Source of the DNA: Nitrosopumilaceae archaeon
GTDB taxonomy: Archaea > Thermoproteota > Nitrososphaeria > Nitrososphaerales > Nitrosopumilaceae
Assembly: GCA_030697975.1 (NCBI GenBank)
Contig: JAUYOQ010000131.1
Location: forward strand, 1 to 41,998
Length of the DNA stretch: 41,998 nt
Direction: 5' to 3'
Shown: piece after piece, positions 34,920 through 41,998 of the stretch
Layout: each line of letters starts with the position of its first letter
How positions within the stretch are numbered: position 1 is the first letter of the stretch
Position numbers and translations under genes: made by a program
The notes under the pieces: model-generated
The model's input: only the letters and a program-made list of their open reading frames with translations
The model's database searches: none
What the model was told of the DNA's origin: nothing

Positions 34920-36353
34920 CTAACTTTCAGTTTTGAAATCTTTTCTATAGACTTTGAAATTTTTTAAATTTACAATTATAGCTATTCCAGGAGTAGGTGT
35001 TATGCCTACACTTGCTTGGAATGGAGTTTGATATTGCCATGCACCGGAATTTATCAATAAAACCCCTTTATACAAATCAAGTCCTACAACATGAACGTGC
35101 CCTACATGAAAAACATCTGGAACCTCATCAATTAACATCATATCTTCTACTTCTGGCGCTAGGGGAGTTTGGCTACCATAAATAGGACTAAGATGTCGTG
35201 CTTGTAATAGATGACGCATTACCTTGGTAGGATTATCAAAACTCAATCCTGGGGTAGTCCTTACAATATCATCAATACTTTGTCCATGAAACATCAAAAC
35301 CTTAATTCCATTTAGTGATATTAAGGCGGGATTTCCAACCATGAAAAAATTTTCACGATTCCATAAATCTAAATTATATTTTTTTGGAATGGCAGGCTGG
35401 GGCAGCGCTCTTCTTCCAGGATCATGGTTGCCAGGCATGATAAACACCTTGATATGTCTTGGAATCTTTTCCAAAATTTCTACTGCCTTTTTTAACTGCT
35501 CGTCCACATTTGTAAAAACTAACTCCTTTTCCTGATTTGGGTATATTCCAATACCATCTATCACATCTCCTGCCACTAACACAAATCGAATTTTGCGTGC
35601 AATGGGATCAGGTGAGGCAAGCCATAAAACAAATTTTTCCAATTCTTTTTCCATAAAATATTTACTTCCTACATGTAAGTCTGATAGGAAAACAGCGTAG
35701 GTCTCTGTTTTAGAGTAGTTTGGAGTATGATCCGGTATGTTTGGAACTATGATATCTTTAACAATAAAACCTCCATTCTTCCCTAATGAGACGCGTTCCA
35801 TCACAAACTGGTCTATTAGAAGGCTGGCTGCAATATTTTGTAAATCTTTATCAAAAACAATACTCTCTAGACTTCCAGTAGGATCATCTATAATTAATTT
35901 AGTAACACTTCTTTCTGAATTCCGTTCAACTAGGAGGCCGCAAACAAAAACATCATTATCTGATTTTAAAGCTATTATAGACGAAATTGGTTTTAACAAC
36001 TTGGCTTCGGGGCGATTAGAAACCATTCGTTTCAATCTTGAAAAACGGTTTGAGAAAAGTGCACCAAATCCTATTATCCCTTCTGAAGAGGTAATCTTTA
36101 GAGTAGGGTCTGATAAAATTTTATGCTCAGAAAGTAACTCCTCTTCCTCTTTTAGACCTAAAAAAACTTCCAAATCTTCTTGATTTATATGAAAAACTTT
36201 TTGTTTTGTTTTTTCACGAACAATATCTCTAATAACTTTCTCCAAATCTCTAATCTCTACTTTTTCAAGAATTTCAAACGCGTTGGGGTGAATTTGAAAG
36301 CCTTTATTTAAAGCGTAATTTAGTGCAAAAACAACATCTTTTTTCATCACCAA
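34920..36353 (-). CDS. polB: DNA polymerase II (PolD) small subunit DP1 (exonuclease)
   Basis: An OB-fold region followed by calcineurin-like phosphoesterase motifs (LSDLHVGS, GDVIDG, GNHD, GHVH). 477 aa. Confidence 0.88.
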   Translation of the reverse strand: MVMKKDVVFALNYALNKGFQIHPNAFEILEKVEIRDLEKVIRDIVREKTKQKVFHINQEDLEVFLGLKEEEELLSEHKILSDPTLKITSSEGIIGFGALFSNRFSRLKRMVSNRPEAKLLKPISSIIALKSDNDVFVCGLLVERNSERSVTKLIIDDPTGSLESIVFDKDLQNIAASLLIDQFVMERVSLGKNGGFIVKDIIVPNIPDHTPNYSKTETYAVFLSDLHVGSKYFMEKELEKFVLWLASPDPIARKIRFVLVAGDVIDGIGIYPNQEKELVFTNVDEQLKKAVEILEKIPRHIKVFIMPGNHDPGRRALPQPAIPKKYNLDLWNRENFFMVGNPALISLNGIKVLMFHGQSIDDIVRTTPGLSFDNPTKVMRHLLQARHLSPIYGSQTPLAPEVEDMMLIDEVPDVFHVGHVHVVGLDLYKGVLLINSGAWQYQTPFQASVGITPTPGIAIIVNLKNFKVYRKDFKTES

Positions 36354-36423
36354 CAGATAAAATGTGTTTTAATTAAATTTGCTCAATACTAACCCTCAAA
36401 TATCATTTTATAAACAAAAACAC

Positions 36424-36963
36424 ATGTCTGATAAAAAAAGAATAATTACATTTTTTATTTTTGTTGGATTGTTTTCTATTTTCTTTGCAGTAGGTGCGGA
36501 AACAACTGTTTCTGAGGAAGAAGCTAAACTATTTCTTGAGCAATTTGAGGCCCTGGTCGAAAACATAGATTCTGTTGGAATATTTTTGCATAATCTTGCA
36601 ATAGCACTACCAATGTTTATTCCTGGGTTTGGGATCGTTTGGGGGTTTTTTGCATCATGGCAGACAGGCGTTGCTTTTGCCGCGTTTAAAACAATAAATC
36701 CGACTCTAATCCAAATTCCATCATTATCAATACTTTATCTAACCCCATTTGGTTTGATGGAGCTTGCAGCATATTCAATAGCAATGTCACGAAGTTTGTT
36801 TTTGGTACAAAAACTCATTAAAAAAATTCCAATAAAATCAGACAGTAAAATTACAGGCATTGAAGTAGGTATAGTTATAGCATTATTGCTAGCTGGTGGT
36901 TTTATCGAGGCACACATGATTGAATTATTTGAAAAAGGCGAACTACAAGTACCAGAGATCTAG
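36424..36963 (+). CDS. SpoIIM-like (DUF95) integral membrane protein
   Basis: Polytopic, with FLHNLAIALPMFIPGFGIVWGFF resembling the SpoIIM-family core. I prefer ATG 36424 to the track start. Confidence 0.45.
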   Translation: MSDKKRIITFFIFVGLFSIFFAVGAETTVSEEEAKLFLEQFEALVENIDSVGIFLHNLAIALPMFIPGFGIVWGFFASWQTGVAFAAFKTINPTLIQIPSLSILYLTPFGLMELAAYSIAMSRSLFLVQKLIKKIPIKSDSKITGIEVGIVIALLLAGGFIEAHMIELFEKGELQVPEI

Positions 36964-37041
36964 TTTGTTTAGATATAATACATAATTCATCTAAAATAAT
37001 TTAGTAGCAAATTATAAACTAAATAACCTCAAACTAACCTA

Positions 37042-38043
37042 ATGCGACCATTCAAGATTTTGGCATTTATGATTCTAGGAGTAACAATCAGTTTATTGAC
37101 ACAAGAAGCACATGCACAAATTGTTTCAAGTAATGCATTTTCATTAGAAGGCGCAGGATTTGCTGTCACAGAAATTTCACTCAAAACATCTCAACTTGAT
37201 CTATTTCTATCTACAACTACAAAAACAACAAGAGATACAAATTTTGTTGTTGATGATGGTATAATCACCATAAATAACGAAGATTTTATTGCAACTGATC
37301 TGAGTGGAACCATTTTAAGAGATGGTCGTTTTATTAGATTGCAGGGAACAGCAGAAAACCCATCAGGTGATGAAATCTCACTTCAATTTTTTGGTAGATT
37401 GATAGAGAAATCTACTGAAGGCGCTGTTTATGGTTTTACAGGAAGTTTAACACAAGATGGTAGCCTTTCTAAAATAATTTACACAACAAAAATTTCAGCA
37501 TTTGAAAAAATAACAAAACCTACATCAACTCCTACACAACCTAAAGATATTGTTGTTCGTATATTGAAAGGATCCTCAGATCCAAGTAGCATTACTTATA
37601 CTGATAAGGCCGGTCAAGCTTTTTCTTTATTTAATTACTATTCACATGATAGGATTATAATCAAACCAGGCACTACGATTACTTTTGTAAATGATGACAG
37701 TGTTGTACATAGTGTGACTAGTGGATCTGGATTAGGACAAACTAGCAGATACACATCAGCAACAACTCTTGGCAAACAATTTGCATGTGAAGGCGACACA
37801 TCCAAAATTAGAGATTCAGGAAACAGCTATATCCAACAAAAATGTATTTTTGTAATTGATGGAAGAGTAAAAAGTGGTCCTATACAACCAGGAGGACAGT
37901 GGAGTGTAACAATAAATGAAATGGGATTTTACAGACTAGTAGACATTGATTATCCATGGATGAACATAGTGATTTACGCATTTCCACAATCTAGCTCAGT
38001 TACTATTGGAAATCCCGATCCAGACGATGCTAGGCAAAACTAG
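37042..38043 (+). CDS. secreted protein with a C-terminal cupredoxin-like domain that has non-canonical ligand positions
   Basis: Signal peptide (MRPFKILAFMILGVTISLLTQEAHA). IIIKPGTTITFVNDDSVVHSVTSG and GFYRLVDIDYPWMNIVIY align by eye to the plastocyanin-type pattern. Confidence 0.5.
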   Translation: MRPFKILAFMILGVTISLLTQEAHAQIVSSNAFSLEGAGFAVTEISLKTSQLDLFLSTTTKTTRDTNFVVDDGIITINNEDFIATDLSGTILRDGRFIRLQGTAENPSGDEISLQFFGRLIEKSTEGAVYGFTGSLTQDGSLSKIIYTTKISAFEKITKPTSTPTQPKDIVVRILKGSSDPSSITYTDKAGQAFSLFNYYSHDRIIIKPGTTITFVNDDSVVHSVTSGSGLGQTSRYTSATTLGKQFACEGDTSKIRDSGNSYIQQKCIFVIDGRVKSGPIQPGGQWSVTINEMGFYRLVDIDYPWMNIVIYAFPQSSSVTIGNPDPDDARQN

Positions 38044-38731
38044 CATATGATTCCAAATTGGTTTGATTAAAAACCATAACAGTTAGATCAGAAAATACCT
38101 TTCCTTCTAATTCATTTACCATCCCAATAAACGATGACTCATTAGAATTTGTTAATGATTCAAAAACATGAACTTTAATTTTTGATGTATTAAAACCATT
38201 TTTTTTTAGATAAATTGCGATTTCTGACGGCATAAAATGTTTCTCTGGATTTTTTGGCCAAGGCCTTGGTACAAGAATAACACTTGATCCATCCAAGAGT
38301 GCTTTTTGCAGTTCAAGTTTTTTCTCTTCAATAGAAGTTGTTACATGCATTGTGATTACTTTGGCCTTATCTAGAGGAATTCTGGCTTTTGCAGCTGCTA
38401 CCTGAATGGAGCTTATGCCAGGAACAACATGTACTTCACCAAAAATCTCGATTAATCTATCAACAACTTCAGATTCTGAAAAATTTACATCACCAGTAAA
38501 TGGCACTATCAACGTTTTGTTTCCTAATTTAGCTTTAATTTTTTGATAAACCTCTTCTTGTGAATGCATTGTTATTTCATAAACCTCTTTATCTGAAAGA
38601 AGATCTTCAATTGTTTTTAGAGTGTATTTGTATCCAGCAATAACATCAGAGTTTTGAATCATTTTCCTAACAATATCTGTAACACAATCTTGGGATCCTG
38701 GACCTACACCAACTGCATAAACTGTTCCCAT
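38030..38731 (-). CDS. tetrapyrrole (corrin) methyltransferase family, CbiE-like
   Basis: VYAVGVGPGS..DVIAGYK N-terminal motif, PFTGDVNF and VPGISS, then a CbiE-like second half (VITMHV...). I prefer ATG 38731, which abuts the upstream gene's stop. The subfamily is uncertain. Confidence 0.5.
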   Translation of the reverse strand: MGTVYAVGVGPGSQDCVTDIVRKMIQNSDVIAGYKYTLKTIEDLLSDKEVYEITMHSQEEVYQKIKAKLGNKTLIVPFTGDVNFSESEVVDRLIEIFGEVHVVPGISSIQVAAAKARIPLDKAKVITMHVTTSIEEKKLELQKALLDGSSVILVPRPWPKNPEKHFMPSEIAIYLKKNGFNTSKIKVHVFESLTNSNESSFIGMVNELEGKVFSDLTVMVFNQTNLESYASFA

Positions 38732-38732
38732 T

Positions 38733-39224
38733 TTACTTCGTAATCTTTTGTCTTTCTTTAACATATTGAACAAAGGGGGACCAATCTACTTTCATGAATT
38801 TAGTAGGATCTTTTGCAGGATACTTGACCCAATCTAAAACAATAGAAAACTGATATTTTTTTCGTTCGCCATTTTCATTTAGTTCAACATTTAGTACACT
38901 TCCCCATGATTTTTCCTCACTATCTATACTCCAAATGTTATCAAAATCTACCTCTAAATTTTTTTTATTTTGTAAATCTAGCCGTAAATTCTCTTCATTA
39001 TATCCATCATGACGGCTCATCACGTTTTTTGACTTGAGCAAAGTTATAGCTTGTCTTTGTATAGCTGCTTGCCACCATTTCATTTTTGCTTCGGTTTTGG
39101 TTACAAACATTAAATGTCTGTCAGTTAAAAACAACATTCCTTCTTTACCGCTAAATGAAAAAAATTTCTTTGTTTGTCTCCAAACTGATAAAATATGTGC
39201 TTGTATCCGTTCGTTGGTATCCAT
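38733..39224 (-). CDS. hypothetical protein, possibly a PH/GRAM-like fold
   Basis: 163 aa. GMLFLTDRHLMFVTK resembles the first strands of a bacterial PH domain. It is tightly coupled to the downstream methyltransferase. Confidence 0.35.
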   Translation of the reverse strand: MDTNERIQAHILSVWRQTKKFFSFSGKEGMLFLTDRHLMFVTKTEAKMKWWQAAIQRQAITLLKSKNVMSRHDGYNEENLRLDLQNKKNLEVDFDNIWSIDSEEKSWGSVLNVELNENGERKKYQFSIVLDWVKYPAKDPTKFMKVDWSPFVQYVKERQKITK

Positions 39225-39300
39225 GATGAAAAATTTATGTATACTCGTTAAAAACTAATGTTTACATAGCTTTTATTTGAGATGTAAACCGAAATCTTCA

Positions 39301-40833
39301 ATGCATTTAAAACTAATCATTATTTTTTCACTTTTACTTATCCCACTACAATCATTTTCACAAGAAGAGGAGAAACTAGTTATTTTTCATACCCCTTCAG
39401 GTAAACTCGTAATTGAACTGTTTCCAGAAGATGCGCCAAAGACAGTTGAGAATTTTTTAAAATTAGCAGAAAGTAAATTTTATGATAGAACAATTTTTCA
39501 TAGAATCCAAAATTTCACGATACAGGGGGGAGATCCCTTAACAAAACCTGGTGCCTATGAACATGTCTCTCAATGGGGGACAGGTTTAGCAGGTTATACA
39601 ATTCCAGCCGAATTTAATGACATAAAACACAAAAAAGGCATTGTTTCAATGATACGGGCACCTACTGATCCAGACAGCGCAAGCTCACAGTTTTTCATAG
39701 TACATAAAGATGCAAGTCATCTTGATGGAAAATATACAGCGTTTGGTCGTCTTGTTACTCAGGAAAGTTATGAAACACTTGATAAAATTGCTTCACTTGA
39801 AACTGCACCAAATGGCATAGCATTTCAGTGGGGTGATGCAGAAATTCTAAAAACTGAAGTTGTTAGTCGCTCACAGGTATTAGATCTACTGGAATTAGGC
39901 AAACCAGAAAAAATGGAAAAACCCACAGGTGAAATTTCTGGTTCTCAATATTCTAATAAAAAATTAGGATTTTCATTTTTAGCACCAGAAGGATGGGTAC
40001 TACAACAACCTCAAAAGACACAACCTATCATTCCTGATGTAACAGCTGTAGGTCCTAAGGTAAATGGTATACCACCCGCAATTTACGTATCTGTAAATGA
40101 AAAAAATGGCAAATCTTTTGAAGAATATATTACTGAAGTAAAAGACTCACTTCAAAAATCAATAGAATCAGGAAAACTTGTGATCTTAAACGAAAACAAA
40201 ACAACAGTTAATGGAAAAAGTGCATATGAGATCAATGTAATACAATCTTCCAAAAATATTGTAAATTTGAAACTAAAATCAGTTATCATTTTAGGACCTG
40301 ACAAATTCTATACCATAGTATACGTAAACAGTGAAGAAAATTTTGATTCTAAGCTTCATCTTTTTGATGAAGCATTAAACTCATTTACCATACTCTCAAA
40401 TGAAACCAATCTACAAACAAATAATGAAACACAAAATAACGGAGGGGGGTGCCTTATTGCTACCGCAGCTTTTGGATCAGAGCTTTCACCTCAAATTCAG
40501 TTACTAAGAGAGATTCGTGATAACATGGTACTTGAAACACATTCTGGTGCAACATTTATGTCAGTTTTTAACTCACTTTACTACTCATTTTCCCCCACAA
40601 TAGCTGATCTTGAACGACAGAATCCAACATTCAAGGAAGTAGTAAAAATTGTAATAACTCCATTGATCTCAACATTAAGTATTTTGCAACATGTAGATAT
40701 TGATTCAGAAGCTGAGATGATAGGCTATGGAATTGGAATTATCCTACTAAACATTGGAATGTACTTTATTGCACCAGCATTTGTATTACTAAAACTGAAT
40801 TCAAAATATCAGGATGAAAAAAACAAAATCTAA
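39301..40833 (+). CDS. secreted cyclophilin-type peptidyl-prolyl isomerase with an extra domain and a C-terminal Cys-initiated membrane-anchor module
   Basis: Signal peptide MHLKLIIIFSLLLIPLQSFS and cyclophilin motifs FHRIQNFTIQGGDP and SQFFIV. The C-terminus has GGGCLIATAAFGSELSPQIQLLREIRD followed by a terminal TM helix. Confidence 0.8.
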   Translation: MHLKLIIIFSLLLIPLQSFSQEEEKLVIFHTPSGKLVIELFPEDAPKTVENFLKLAESKFYDRTIFHRIQNFTIQGGDPLTKPGAYEHVSQWGTGLAGYTIPAEFNDIKHKKGIVSMIRAPTDPDSASSQFFIVHKDASHLDGKYTAFGRLVTQESYETLDKIASLETAPNGIAFQWGDAEILKTEVVSRSQVLDLLELGKPEKMEKPTGEISGSQYSNKKLGFSFLAPEGWVLQQPQKTQPIIPDVTAVGPKVNGIPPAIYVSVNEKNGKSFEEYITEVKDSLQKSIESGKLVILNENKTTVNGKSAYEINVIQSSKNIVNLKLKSVIILGPDKFYTIVYVNSEENFDSKLHLFDEALNSFTILSNETNLQTNNETQNNGGGCLIATAAFGSELSPQIQLLREIRDNMVLETHSGATFMSVFNSLYYSFSPTIADLERQNPTFKEVVKIVITPLISTLSILQHVDIDSEAEMIGYGIGIILLNIGMYFIAPAFVLLKLNSKYQDEKNKI

Positions 40834-41890
40834 ACAAAATTCAAAGACGGTGGTTATCATTGGAATTTCAGCAGCTGTAGTTATTGGAATAACGGTACTG
40901 GCTCTTAATAGTAATTTGTTTGAAACTAATTCAATATCTGATACTTCTAAAATTCTAACAAAATCTGAAACTCAGATTTACAAAGATTGTACTATGGTGA
41001 CATATGGTACTACCAACGCAGATGTTGACTGTCTAGGATTGGGAACCTTACACTTGGTAAGGGACCTTCCACTAAGTGCTGCAAACGTCAAGGATGTGAC
41101 TCTTACTATCTCTGGTAATGTTTACAGTATAGAGTTTATAGCTCCACTTGGGAAGGTAACATACGATCTTACAAACCTAACTTATGATGCAATAGTGTAT
41201 CAAGAACTTGTAAAGAATTTTGGTGAAATCAAGATTCCGTTTGGAGATGTTGAAAAATCAGTACGTGATCTAAAAGATTCTCTAAAAGGAGTACCGCTGA
41301 TTGTAGAGAATATCATCAAAGAGTCATCTGAAAGCGTTGTAATTCCTAAGCTCAAGGTTCCAGAAATTAATATTCCAAAACCAGAACCTACAAAACAACT
41401 CACTCTTTCTGAGCTAAAACAAACAGCACTAGAGGATATTAACAAATACAGAACCCAAAACAATCTTCGAAGTATAACTTTGGGAACCGCAATATCTCCT
41501 CAACTATACGCAGAAGAACTTCTTGTAGAGGGTTGTATTCATCACGTTTCTGTAACAGGAGAAGGACCTATGTTACGATACAAGAATAATGGTGATAAGA
41601 TGTTTCTAGTCGCAGAAAACATTGCAGGTGGATTGGGCCTTAGCTGGGGTGTACCTGAAAAAGACATTCTTCGAGCAAATTACGATATGATGTATGATGA
41701 TGCACACGCAAATTGGGGACACCATGATAACATCTTGAACCCACACCATAAATCAGTATCAATTGGAATCGCATATGATAACCAAAGGTTAGTAATGGTA
41801 CAAGATTTTGAACAATCATTACCACCAGAATATAGTTACCATCCTTCTAGTTTCGCAAAACAATCAATGGATCAAAAATTTTGTTGGTAG
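40814..41890 (+). CDS. membrane-anchored extracellular CAP/SCP (PR-1-like) domain protein
   Basis: N-terminal TM (VVIIGISAAVVIGITVLAL). The C-terminal domain carries INKYRTQNNL, ENIAGG and WGHHDNILNPHHKSVSIGIAYD. Confidence 0.65.
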   Translation: MKKTKSKQNSKTVVIIGISAAVVIGITVLALNSNLFETNSISDTSKILTKSETQIYKDCTMVTYGTTNADVDCLGLGTLHLVRDLPLSAANVKDVTLTISGNVYSIEFIAPLGKVTYDLTNLTYDAIVYQELVKNFGEIKIPFGDVEKSVRDLKDSLKGVPLIVENIIKESSESVVIPKLKVPEINIPKPEPTKQLTLSELKQTALEDINKYRTQNNLRSITLGTAISPQLYAEELLVEGCIHHVSVTGEGPMLRYKNNGDKMFLVAENIAGGLGLSWGVPEKDILRANYDMMYDDAHANWGHHDNILNPHHKSVSIGIAYDNQRLVMVQDFEQSLPPEYSYHPSSFAKQSMDQKFCW

Positions 41891-41903
41891 TTTAGAAAAT
41901 AGA

Positions 41904-41998
41904 TTACCAAACATCATCAACTTCATCAAGTTCCTTGTATTCTTTTGAACTTTCACGTTTAAGATACTTTAATCTTGAAATATCTCTGTCAAAAAACA
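41904..41998 (-). CDS. 3' end of an unidentified gene (partial)
   Basis: The reverse frame is open to the window edge and ends ...LKRESSKEYKELDEVDDVW*. This is too short to assign a function. Confidence 0.2.
   Translation of the reverse strand, partial: FFDRDISRLKYLKRESSKEYKELDEVDDVW

Noticed and set aside
1-41998. Scanned for defence systems, transposases or integrases, prophage genes and rRNA operons.
   Set aside because: None was recognised. The window is dominated by conserved housekeeping genes, so I make no claim of a novel defence or mobile system.

Overview
This AT-rich window reads as a core chromosomal segment of an archaeon. The gene set looks Nitrosopumilales-like (ammonia-oxidising Thaumarchaeota), but that taxonomic call is an inference from gene content and composition, not a database hit. 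Coding density is high on both strands and is mostly housekeeping.

Main gene groups:
- preQ0/archaeosine precursor genes: queC, folE, queE.
- Transcription factor B, Prs, RNase Z and Sir2.
- An RNA-end-processing group: UPF0201/UPF0200, ThpR/LigT overlapping the CCA-adding enzyme, a small kinase, and tRNA-Pro(GGG) without an encoded CCA.
- Glutamine synthetase, thermosome and SHMT.
- Both PolD subunits, a GINS-like protein, GGGP synthase and Orc1/Cdc6.

The most structured non-coding DNA is the 33.3-33.7 kb intergenic region upstream of orc1/cdc6. It holds two identical 27-bp ORB-like direct repeats, one inverted mini-ORB, flanking AT tracts, and an unexpected dense array of (G)TTAAC(A/G) motifs. 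I read this as the replication origin.

Other items worth follow-up:
- A GC-enriched, three-way-junction RNA-like element at about 7.94-8.06 kb with a kink-turn-like loop.
- A tightly coupled operon of a wHTH protein, a membrane-spanning wHTH protein and a secreted coiled-coil protein (2.76-5.53 kb).
- An ESCRT-III (CdvB-type) paralog convergent with a protein built from exact 21-residue repeats.
- Four small putative DNA-binding proteins next to the origin, including an AbrB-like ORF absent from the ORF track.
- A secreted cupredoxin-like domain whose type-1 copper ligands appear substituted.
- A secreted cyclophilin with a Cys-initiated C-terminal anchor module.

I saw no CRISPR array, transposase/integrase, rRNA gene or recognisable defence system. 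I cannot claim a clearly novel multi-gene system here. All product calls rest on motifs read by eye, and none are verified by search.
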